Shown here: positions 1-7,852 of the stretch, one piece after another | How the letters are laid out: each line of letters starts with the position of its first letter | Position numbering within the stretch: the stretch's first letter is position 1 | Assembly (NCBI RefSeq): GCF_000981785.2 | Contig: NZ_CP011304.1 | Span: 1,770,001 to 1,802,000 of the forward strand | DNA length: 32,000 bases | Direction: 5' to 3' | Source of the DNA: Microcystis aeruginosa NIES-2549 | GTDB lineage: Bacteria > Cyanobacteriota > Cyanobacteriia > Cyanobacteriales > Microcystaceae | Position numbers and translations under genes: made by a program | Notes under the pieces: generated by a model | Told to the model about the DNA's origin: nothing | The model's input: the letters and a program-made list of their open reading frames with translations, nothing else | Database searches by the model: none

Positions 1-1463
1 TGGATGTATCGGGGGGATTACCCGGAATTGCCGTGGTGGGTTTACCCGATACCGCCGTGCAGGAGTCGAAAGAAAGGGTAAAAGCTTCCCTAAAAAATGC
101 CGGATTTGCCTTTCCCATCCGCAAAATTGTCATCAATTTAAGTCCCGCCGATATCCGCAAAGAGGGGCCAATTTATGATTTACCGATTAGTATCGGCATT
201 TTAGGAGCCTCCGAACAGGTAGAAGCCGGTTTATTGGGGGATTTTCTCTTTTTAGGCGAATTATCCCTTGATGGTAGTTTGCGTCCCGTGGCGGGGGTTT
301 TACCCATTGCTGCCGCCGCCGAAAAAATGGGGATCAAGGGTTTAGTGGTTCCCGCCGATAATGCCAAAGAAGCGGCCGTGGTCAAAGGCGTACAAGTGTA
401 TGGGTTTCGTCATCTATCGGAAGTGGTAAATTTCTTAAATGAACCCGATCGCCATTCACCGATGACTTTTAACGCTGCCGAGGAATTTGGGCGATCGCAG
501 GTAAATCTCCCCGATCTCAAGGATGTCAAAGGTCAAGCCATTGGCCGGCGGGCCCTGGAAATTGCCGCAGCTGGAGGTCATAACCTAATTTTTGTCGGGC
601 CCCCTGGGAGCGGTAAAACCATGTTAGCGCGACGTTTACCCGGAATTCTGCCCCAGCTTACCTTTGCTGAATCCCTAGAAGTCTCCCAGATTCATTCCGT
701 CGCCGGATTATTGAAAGATCGAGGTTCCCTGGTGCGCGAGCGTCCTTTTCGCAGTCCCCATCACTCCGCTTCCGGGGCAGCGCTGGTGGGAGGTGGCACT
801 TATCCCCGACCGGGGGAAATCTCCCTTTCCCACCGTGGTATTTTATTTTTGGACGAATTAACGGAATTTAAGCGCAGTGTCTTGGAATATCTCCGACAAC
901 CCCTAGAGGATGGTTATGTGAGCATTTCTCGCACTCGTCTTTCCGTCGCTTTTCCGGCCCGTTTTACCTTGGTGGCGAGTACCAATCCCTGTCCCTGTGG
1001 TTATTACGGCGATTCAGTGCAACCCTGCAGCTGTTCACCGCGACAACGGGAACAATATTGGGCGAAATTATCGGGTCCGCTTTTAGACCGTATTGACCTA
1101 CAAGTGACGGTAAATCGCCTGAAACCAGAAGAAATGACCCAAGAGAGTCGGGGAGAAGCTTCTGAGCAAGTGCGGCAACGGGTGGAAAGGGCCAGACAAA
1201 AGGCCAGCGATCGCTTTCAAAATACCGAGATTTGCTCTAATGCGGAGATGAATTCCGAGCATTTGCGGCGTTTTTGCGCTCTTGATCATAGCAGTCGCCA
1301 TATTTTAGAAGGGGCAATCCGAAAATTGGGTTTATCGGCCCGAGCAATGGATCGCATTCTCAAAGTTGCCCGCACCATTGCCGATTTAGGAGATAGTGAA
1401 ATGCTGAAAAGTTCCCACGTTGCCGAAGCAATTCAGTATCGCACTCTCGATCGTTTAAGTTAG
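1..1463 (+). CDS. comM: ComM/YifB-family Mg-chelatase-like AAA+ ATPase; 5' end lies outside the window
   Basis: Frame 3 is open from base 3, and DVSGGLPGIAVVGLPDTAVQESKERV runs through the tracked start at 33. Walker A GPPGSGKTM, Walker B-like ILFLDEL, and the C-terminal HVAEAIQYRTLDR motif are typical of the family. Stop TAG at 1461-1463. Confidence 0.9.
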   Translation, partial: DVSGGLPGIAVVGLPDTAVQESKERVKASLKNAGFAFPIRKIVINLSPADIRKEGPIYDLPISIGILGASEQVEAGLLGDFLFLGELSLDGSLRPVAGVLPIAAAAEKMGIKGLVVPADNAKEAAVVKGVQVYGFRHLSEVVNFLNEPDRHSPMTFNAAEEFGRSQVNLPDLKDVKGQAIGRRALEIAAAGGHNLIFVGPPGSGKTMLARRLPGILPQLTFAESLEVSQIHSVAGLLKDRGSLVRERPFRSPHHSASGAALVGGGTYPRPGEISLSHRGILFLDELTEFKRSVLEYLRQPLEDGYVSISRTRLSVAFPARFTLVASTNPCPCGYYGDSVQPCSCSPRQREQYWAKLSGPLLDRIDLQVTVNRLKPEEMTQESRGEASEQVRQRVERARQKASDRFQNTEICSNAEMNSEHLRRFCALDHSSRHILEGAIRKLGLSARAMDRILKVARTIADLGDSEMLKSSHVAEAIQYRTLDRLS

Positions 1464-1611
1464 GGTTTGCGGCAAAAAGTTTGTTGGTGGGGTTAGGAGT
1501 CGGTCGTCAGGATTCAGGAGGCAGGAGACAGCTTTTTTCTTCCCACTTCCCACTTCCCACTTCCCACTTTCAAGTCAGAATAACAGAATGACCTCCCACA
1601 CAGCAAAAGCG
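1463..1611. mobile_element. Decayed MITE-like remnant related to the IS at 5471-7152 and the MITE at 13302-13628
   Basis: The left end GGGTTTGCGGCAAAAAGTTTGTTGGTGGGG aligns, by my by-eye alignment with one 1-nt indel, at about 24/30 to the MITE end GGGTCTGCTGAAAAAGTTTCTCGTGGGGG, and matches the IS end GGGTTTGCTGAAAAAGT. It has an internal heptamer array like the 13.3-kb MITE. The right end CAGCAAAAGCG only weakly resembles CAGCAAACCC. TTAAGT is present on both flanks (1455-1460, 1613-1618). Confidence 0.3.
1539..1569. repeat. Heptamer tandem array (CTTCCCA) x4.4
   Basis: Direct reading: cttccca cttccca cttccca cttccca ctt. Confidence 0.95.
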
Positions 1612-1650
1612 ATTAAGTAGGTAGGCGTTAAAAATTATCAGACACCCCCG

Positions 1651-1696
1651 TTATCAAGGGTAGGGTTGATTCATGAATCAACCCTACCTTATCAAG
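1651..1696. repeat. 30-bp perfect palindrome flanked by 8-bp direct repeats, between convergent genes
   Basis: GGTAGGGTTGATTCA|TGAATCAACCCTACC at 1659-1688 is a perfect inverted repeat. TTATCAAG occurs at 1651-1658 and again at 1689-1696. A tandem ATCAAGGGGGG x2 follows at 1691-1712. Confidence 0.9.
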
Positions 1697-1755
1697 GGGG
1701 GATCAAGGGGGGATTAAAGGCAAAATCCATTTTTAATTTAATTATAACCAGCTAC

Positions 1756-3057
1756 TTAATCGGGGGATTCTAAGCGTTTTTGCCATTCTCGATCGATTTT
1801 ATCGGAGCGCTCGATCTCTTGTTCGATATAGTCTTGATCGGTAGAATAACTAATATCAGCATCTGTAATCACTTTTTGGTCAGCGAATTGACGAGAGTAG
1901 GCCAGTTTTTGCTCTAATTCAGGATTATTTTGTGCTAATAGATCTGCTCTTTTTTCTCGCTGTTGATTGCGTTGATTAACTCGCTCATTTCTCCACTGCA
2001 AAAAGAAATAACGACCGAGGGGAATCCCCAAAAAAGCAGCGGCATAACTGAGGAGAAAACCGTAGATCCCTGTGACTATCGACCCCAGAGAACCGCTCAA
2101 ATCGACACTATCACTGTTGAGCAAATATCCTAAAACTAAAGCGAGGATAAAGTTAACCGCCCCTAAACCTAAAGCTAAGATAATTTGACCGCTATCTGCT
2201 TCGCTAAACTTCCAGCGTTTTTCCCTTAGATAGGGTGACAATGCTTGTACTTTTCTCTCTTTGGTTGTCACCTGTAGATCGGGAAAATAATAGATAATAT
2301 CGCCTCGATCGGACACTTCCGGCAACCCATTAAAACGAGTTAAAACTGGGAGTATATAATCTTCTGTCTCCTCCTGACTGGGGTTAATACTATCGAGATA
2401 GGGGGCAATTTGTGGAGCGATAATCGAGCCACGATTATTTTGAATTACTTTACCGATAGTTTGCCAGCGTCTCTCCTCTAAATTAAAATTAGGATCGCCA
2501 TCGCCAAAAAGAAAAGAAAAAACTGACTCGAGAAAATTCATCTTACTAGAGGGTTTTTCTGCCTTAACTTCCCTATCTCTTTTTTCGTAGTAGTTATTAC
2601 CAAAATCAGGATAAAAAATCCAGAAAAAGTCCGTGGGAAAGAAGTTAATATTAATTTTGCTATCTCCAGAATTGTTATCCGAGTCACTATCTTTAAACAT
2701 TAAGCCGATCAGGATTGCCAGAATAGCCAGCAAGAGGATTAAAATCGAAATAATTAAAACAATGCCGAAGGAAATGCGAATAACATAAAAAACTACTTTC
2801 CAGATTTTACTGGCGAAAGCTTTTAACTGCAATTGCCAATATTTATTCAGAAGAATTGAGCGAAAATTTTCAGGGAAAAGATAGATAATCTCCCCCGTAT
2901 CTGCTACCTGTAAATGTCCCCCCGCTTCCGCCGCTAAAGCTAATAATCCCTGTTGTGCAGCGTTAATCTCTAAACCCGATTTTGCCGCCACATCACCCAC
3001 CGTAACCCGATAGCCTAATTTTTCGATCGATTGTAATAGAGACTCTTGGGGATTCAT
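1756..3057 (-). CDS. Conserved hypothetical multi-pass membrane protein
   Basis: 433-aa ORF. It has a soluble N-terminal domain, a long hydrophobic stretch (VVFYVIRISFGIVLIISILILLLAILAILIGLMF), and two further hydrophobic segments near the C-terminus (IILALGLGAVNFILALVLGYLL; IVTGIYGFLLSYAAAFLGIPLG). I recognised no catalytic motif. Confidence 0.7.
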   Translation of the reverse strand: MNPQESLLQSIEKLGYRVTVGDVAAKSGLEINAAQQGLLALAAEAGGHLQVADTGEIIYLFPENFRSILLNKYWQLQLKAFASKIWKVVFYVIRISFGIVLIISILILLLAILAILIGLMFKDSDSDNNSGDSKININFFPTDFFWIFYPDFGNNYYEKRDREVKAEKPSSKMNFLESVFSFLFGDGDPNFNLEERRWQTIGKVIQNNRGSIIAPQIAPYLDSINPSQEETEDYILPVLTRFNGLPEVSDRGDIIYYFPDLQVTTKERKVQALSPYLREKRWKFSEADSGQIILALGLGAVNFILALVLGYLLNSDSVDLSGSLGSIVTGIYGFLLSYAAAFLGIPLGRYFFLQWRNERVNQRNQQREKRADLLAQNNPELEQKLAYSRQFADQKVITDADISYSTDQDYIEQEIERSDKIDREWQKRLESPD

Positions 3058-3249
3058 AGAAAATACTGTTCCTGTCGATTGTCCTATTTTCTAGTTTAGT
3101 TTTGATTTTGTCTTTTTGGCAGCGGCTATCTTGATTGACAGGTGCGCCATTTTTAACTCGATCGAGAAAATATCGTTATAATTGTTCCAATAGTCGCAAA
3201 AAGCAGGGCTAAACTGTATAAATAGTTACTTTATAAGCAATTATCAGAG

Positions 3250-3684
3250 GTGAGCATGAATGCGTCGGAACAGGCAAAAGGATTAGAATTAACGGCAAAG
3301 ATCGCCACACTCGTCAACCTGTTTAAACAACAATTCCCCGATGCAAAGGCAGATCTGAAACCTTGGCGCAACGATCCCCACACAAGGGAGTTAACGGATC
3401 CCGACTCGATCGATATCGCTTTCCATTTTCCAGGCTGGAGTCCCAGAATTCAAGGGCGCAGTATTCTGGTACAAATTCGTTTTCATCTCGATAGCGAGGA
3501 TCAGCATCAGCGTTTGATTGGCTTAGAAATGCAGGCTTTTAACCATCAAGGAACCGCTTGGCGACTATCTACGGTGGAAAATTGGCAATTAGTCGGCAAT
3601 TATCAACCTTCTCCTAAGGTGGCTGATAAGTTAAAATATTTCAGCCGGCAGGTGTTTGAAGTTTTTAAAAATGAGCATCTATAG
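3250..3684 (+). CDS. Hypothetical protein (about 142-144 aa)
   Basis: The ORF has a GTG at 3250. The ATG at 3256 is preceded by GAGG (3247-3250) at SD distance and is the more likely start. No motif recognised. Confidence 0.55.
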   Translation: MSMNASEQAKGLELTAKIATLVNLFKQQFPDAKADLKPWRNDPHTRELTDPDSIDIAFHFPGWSPRIQGRSILVQIRFHLDSEDQHQRLIGLEMQAFNHQGTAWRLSTVENWQLVGNYQPSPKVADKLKYFSRQVFEVFKNEHL

Positions 3685-3705
3685 CTGATTTATCAATAAT
3701 TTAAT

Positions 3706-4290
3706 CTACAATTTTTCTAAGGCTTTTCTCTCTTTTTCAGTCACTTCTCGCCATTGACCGGGTTGTAATCCTGTTAAGCATAATTTATTGTTTTTGTCAA
3801 TAGTAATGGCTGTTCTAATTAATCTTAAAGTGGGATAACCAACGGCAGCCGTCATCCTTCTTACCTGACGATTTCTTCCCTCAGTTAAGGTAATTTCTAA
3901 CCAAGCGGTGGGAACAGATTTTCGATAACGAATCGGTGGCTCTCTGGGGGGTAAATCTGGTTCAAAATCTAGTAAATTAACTATTGCTGGTCGAGTGCGA
4001 TAATCCTGAATAGGAAGACCTTGACGCAATTTTTCTAAAGCGTTTAGGTCTGGAATTCTTTCGACTTGTACCCAATAGGTGCGCGGATGAGCAAATTGAC
4101 GATGACCTAAACGATGCTGTAATTGACCGTTATCTGTGAGTAATAATAATCCCTCGCTGTCCCTATCTAAACGACCGACAGAATAGATATTTGGGATGGG
4201 AATATAATCTTTTAAAGTCGAGCGACCATTTTCATCAGTAAACTGACATAATACATCGTAGGGTTTATAAAAAAGGATATATTTATTCAA
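3706..4290 (-). CDS. Pseudouridine synthase, RsuA/RluE-type without an S4 domain (RluE-like)
   Basis: 194 aa. The catalytic-Asp motif [17 protein letters not shown] and the downstream YWVQV and GRNRQVRRM blocks are characteristic of the RsuA/RluB/E/F family. Confidence 0.85.
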   Translation of the reverse strand: MNKYILFYKPYDVLCQFTDENGRSTLKDYIPIPNIYSVGRLDRDSEGLLLLTDNGQLQHRLGHRQFAHPRTYWVQVERIPDLNALEKLRQGLPIQDYRTRPAIVNLLDFEPDLPPREPPIRYRKSVPTAWLEITLTEGRNRQVRRMTAAVGYPTLRLIRTAITIDKNNKLCLTGLQPGQWREVTEKERKALEKL

Positions 4291-4343
4291 GGGAAAAAGG
4301 AGTCAGGAGATAAGTATTTATGCAAAATTAATTTCTTGGTTAG

Positions 4344-4385
4344 AATAGGCAAAAGGCAATAGGCAATAGGCAATAGGCAAGAGGT
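4344..4385. repeat. Heptamer tandem array (AATAGGC-type) x6
   Basis: aataggc aaaaggc aataggc aataggc aataggc aagaggt. Confidence 0.9.
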
Positions 4386-4419
4386 AGTTAGATATGTTTA
4401 ATTAACTTTGCTTAGGTAC
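4379..4419 (-). repeat. 41-bp dispersed repeat, copy A (inverted relative to copy B at 24128-24168)
   Basis: The reverse complement GTACCTAAGCAAAGTTAATTAAACATATCTAACTACCTCTT matches 24128-24168 at 39/41 positions. Confidence 0.9.
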
Positions 4420-4420
4420 T

Positions 4421-4450
4421 TAACTGATAACTGATTACTGATAACTGATT
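4421..4450. repeat. Heptamer tandem array (TAACTGA-type) x4, abutting the permease stop codon
   Basis: taactga taactga ttactga taactga tt. The last base overlaps the stop codon at 4450-4452. Confidence 0.9.
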
Positions 4451-5238
4451 CAATCCCGTTGATGGGAGAATTGATAAGCGCCGACGATTGAGAGAAGAAT
4501 AGCGACGATTAATAAAATGGGGATAGCGAACCAAGGAAATTGATTAATATCGTAGGCTGCGGCTCTTAATCCCAGACTAGCATAGGTGAGGGGTAAAGAA
4601 TAAACAATAATTTTTAATGGCCAGGGTAAGGTTTGGGGATCGAAAAAAGTTGCTCCTAAAAAAGACATCGGCACGATTAAAAAGTTATTATACAGACCGA
4701 CACTTTCGAGGGATTTAACTCGCAATCCGACAATTGCCCCTAAACCGGCAAAGACGGCACAATTTAAGATTAAAACTAATAAAAAGAGGGGATTGAGAAA
4801 ACTGACAAATTTTCCTGTAAATAAGATAGCAACGAGAATCACTGATGCAGAAGTCATTACACCGCGCAAAATTCCCGCGAAAACTTTGCCTAAAAATAAT
4901 GAGAGGGGATGGACGGGAAGTAATAATAATTCCTCGAAGGTTTTACTAAATAAGCGATCGCCACATATCGAAAAGGTGGTTCCCCCGAAACTGATCGCCA
5001 TTGAGGACAGGGCCACCATTCCGGGTAAAATAAATTCTAGATAAGAATCGCCGATCGAGGGTTTCATCGAGCGATCGAGGGCGCTTCCCAACCCCAACCC
5101 GAAACCGATAATATAGATTAGGGGAGAAACTAAACCTGTGGCGGCGATCTGAAGGACTCTCGCGCGTAAATCTAGCCATTCTCCCCAAAATACGGTTAAA
5201 GTGTCTGTTAATATCGTCTGAGCTTGAGCTAGTTTCAC
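4450..5238 (-). CDS. ABC-2 type transporter permease
   Basis: 262 aa with about six hydrophobic segments; length and pattern are typical of ABC-2/NodJ-like permeases. The start is GTG at 5236-5238. No ATPase gene is adjacent. Confidence 0.75.
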   Translation of the reverse strand: MKLAQAQTILTDTLTVFWGEWLDLRARVLQIAATGLVSPLIYIIGFGLGLGSALDRSMKPSIGDSYLEFILPGMVALSSMAISFGGTTFSICGDRLFSKTFEELLLLPVHPLSLFLGKVFAGILRGVMTSASVILVAILFTGKFVSFLNPLFLLVLILNCAVFAGLGAIVGLRVKSLESVGLYNNFLIVPMSFLGATFFDPQTLPWPLKIIVYSLPLTYASLGLRAAAYDINQFPWFAIPILLIVAILLSIVGAYQFSHQRD

Positions 5239-5470
5239 TGGTATTTTGGTTAATTAGTAAATATACTTTTAATAATAATTAATAATTGTCCCCTTTTTCA
5301 AGAGTGGCTCATCCCAGTTTAGTAAAATGTAGGGTGCGTTAGACGGCGACAATCTTTGCTTAAACTTGAATCTAACAATCCGTCGCAACGCACCACACCT
5401 ATCATTAATTTAATTTGGTGCGTTACGCTATCGCTAACGCACCCTACTGGACTGGTATTTTGGTTAATTA

Positions 5471-7152
5471 GGGTTTGCTGAATAATGGTAAAAACCTTAC
5501 AGGAAAGGGCTTTTAGCTTGATTGAGAGCTTCCCAAATGCACTTAAATCTGCTAGAATCTCTTAAAACCCTTGCATCACCCTTGCATCTTCTCTAATTAG
5601 TGCTAATGTACCGTAAAAGCGAGTTACCCTCAACCCCACCAGAAAACTTCGAGCTGCCCTTTGAGGGGAAATTATCCCAAGACAATCGTTGGGTAATTAT
5701 GGCCAACCTCATTCCCTGGTCAGAATTTGAAGCGGAATACGCATCACTTTTTTCAGAAGAAATGGGCACACCCGCCAAAACATTCAGGACAGCACTCGGA
5801 GCATTAATTATTAAAGAAAAATTAGGAACAAGCGATAGAGAAACGGTAGAACAAATCAAAGAAAATCCTTATTTACAATACTTCTTGGGGTTTTCATCCT
5901 ACAGCAATGAACCCCGGTTTGAAGCGTCAATGTTGGTTCACTTTCGAGAAAGAATCACTCTGGAACTAATTAATAAAGTGAATCGCTTTATGGTCAAAAA
6001 TTCGAGAGAAATAAAAGAAGAAGAAAATACCGAAAAAAAGTTAGAGAGCGAAACCCAAAGTCAACCAGAAAATCGAGGTAAATTAATTTTAGATGCCAGT
6101 TGTGCGCCCGCAGATATTAGTTATCCTACGGATTTAAACCTGTTAAATCAAGGAAGAAAACAAACCGAAAAAATTATTGATATTCTCTATGAAACTTTAA
6201 AAGGAAAACTTGTTCAAAAACCGAGAACCTATCGTCTTCTAGCCAGAAAAAGTTATTTAGAAGTAGCGAAAAAAAGAAAACCTACCGTCAAACAAAGACG
6301 AAAAGCTCTGAAAAGACAACTGCAATATCTGAAAAGAAATCTCGACCATATTGAACAACTTTTAGCAGAAGGAGCCTCTCTACAAAGCTTGAAAAAAAGA
6401 GACTATAAGCTGTTATTAGTAGTCACAGAAGTTTATCGCCAACAACTCTGGATGTACCAAAATAACAAACAGAGTATTGAAGACAGAATTGTCAGCTTAA
6501 CTCAACCCCACATCCGTCCGATAGTCAGAGGAAAAGCTGGAAAACCCGTAGAATTTGGGGCTAAATTCTCAGCAAGCTGTATAGATGGTTACATATTTTT
6601 AGACCGAATTAGTTGGGATAACTTTAATGAATCAGGAGATTTAAAAGCACAAATAGAAGCTTATTATGACTATACAGGATACTATCCAGAATCAGTTCAT
6701 GTGGACAAAATTTATCGAACCAGAGAAAACCGAGCTTGGTGTAAAGAAAGGGGAATCAGAATCAGTGGTCCCCCATTAGGAAGACCAGCCAAAAATGTTA
6801 GTAAAGAACAAAAGAAACAAGCTACCGATGATGAGAGGATTCGGAATTGTATAGAGGGCAAATTTGGACAGGGGAAAAGAAGATTTAGCTTAGGTAAAGT
6901 GATGGCTAAACTTCCTCATACTTCCTTTTCAGCGATTGCTATTACTTTTTTAGTCATGAATCTTTCTAACCTGTTGAGGCAGGTTTTTTGGGCTTTTTTA
7001 TGTCTGAAATGGAAAAACAGCACTTTTTCTCGGTCAATGATTAGGATAAGTTATAACTTAAAAATTAATCAACAACTAAAGCTTATGCTTGTAGCTAAGT
7101 GAAATCATTGATTAAGAGACCTGTACTTTTCAATGACTTTTTCAGCAAACCC
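5471..7152 (+). mobile_element. 1682-bp insertion sequence, IS5/IS1182-superfamily
   Basis: Terminal inverted repeats are GGGTTTGCTGAA (5471-5482) and TTCAGCAAACCC (7141-7152). TAATTA is duplicated at 5465-5470 and 7153-7158. The uninterrupted repeat units read ggttaattagtaaat, which confirms a simple insertion. Confidence 0.95.
5600..7102 (+). CDS. IS5/IS1182-type DDE transposase (DUF772-like N-terminus)
   Basis: 500 aa. The N-terminal block LPFEGKLSQDNRWVIMANLIPWSEFE...ALGALIIKEKLGTSDRETVEQIKENPYLQYFLGF and the C-terminal IEGKFGQGKRRF...FLVMNL are typical of this transposase class. Confidence 0.9.
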   Translation: MLMYRKSELPSTPPENFELPFEGKLSQDNRWVIMANLIPWSEFEAEYASLFSEEMGTPAKTFRTALGALIIKEKLGTSDRETVEQIKENPYLQYFLGFSSYSNEPRFEASMLVHFRERITLELINKVNRFMVKNSREIKEEENTEKKLESETQSQPENRGKLILDASCAPADISYPTDLNLLNQGRKQTEKIIDILYETLKGKLVQKPRTYRLLARKSYLEVAKKRKPTVKQRRKALKRQLQYLKRNLDHIEQLLAEGASLQSLKKRDYKLLLVVTEVYRQQLWMYQNNKQSIEDRIVSLTQPHIRPIVRGKAGKPVEFGAKFSASCIDGYIFLDRISWDNFNESGDLKAQIEAYYDYTGYYPESVHVDKIYRTRENRAWCKERGIRISGPPLGRPAKNVSKEQKKQATDDERIRNCIEGKFGQGKRRFSLGKVMAKLPHTSFSAIAITFLVMNLSNLLRQVFWAFLCLKWKNSTFSRSMIRISYNLKINQQLKLMLVAK

Positions 7153-7852
7153 TAATTAGTAAATACACTTTTAATAATAATTAATAATTGTCCCCTTTTT
7201 CAAGAGTGGCTCATCCCAGTTTAGTAAAATGTAGGGTGCGTTAGACGGCGACAATCTCTGCTTAAACTTGAATCTAACAATCCGTCGCAACGCACCACAC
7301 CTATCATTAATTTAATTTGGTGCGTTACGCTATCGCTAACGCACCCTACTGGACTGGTATTTTGGTTAATTAGTAAATACACTTTTAATAATAATTAATA
7401 ATTGTCCCCTTTTTCAAGAGTGGCTCATCCCAGTTTAGTAAAATGTAGGGTGCGTTAGACGGCGACAATCTCTGCTTAAACTTGAATCTAACAATCCGTC
7501 GCAACGCACCACACCTATCATTAATTTAATTTGGTGCGTTACGCTATCGCTAACGCACCCTACTGGACTGGTATTTTGGTTAATTAGTAAATACACTTTT
7601 AATAATAATTAATAATTGTCCCCTTTTTCAAGAGTGGCTCATCCCAGTTTAGTAAAATGTAGGGTGCGTTAGACGGCGACAATCTCTGCTTAAACTTGAA
7701 TCTAACAATCCGTCGCAACGCACCACACCTATCATTAATTTAATTTGGTGCGTTACGCTATCGCTAACGCACCCTACTTATGATAAAATGCTGTCAAGGT
7801 CAGGGAGGGAAAACTTGCAATTATTCACTCAATAAAATAACTGATAGCCGAG

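Larger units (their letters stand above)
5238..7778. repeat. Tandem array of four 214-bp units, with unit 2 split by an IS
   Basis: Units are 5238-5451; 5452-5470 plus 7159-7353; 7354-7567; and 7568-7778. Unit starts at 7354 and 7568 give a period of 214. Copies are nearly identical, with differences seen in copy 1 (aaatatac vs aaatacac, atctttgct vs atctctgct). Confidence 0.95.

Noticed and set aside
7445-7563. 28-codon ORF on the minus strand of each tandem unit (MIGVVRCDGLLDSSLSRDCRRLTHPTFY).
   Set aside because: It has no Shine-Dalgarno sequence. The ORF lies entirely within the palindromic core, so its sequence is dictated by the inverted 9-mers. There is no independent support for coding.
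5238-7778. Possible CRISPR array, because of the regular direct repeats.
   Set aside because: The 214-bp units are contiguous with no unique spacers. The repeat is far longer than CRISPR repeats. No cas genes are present in the window.
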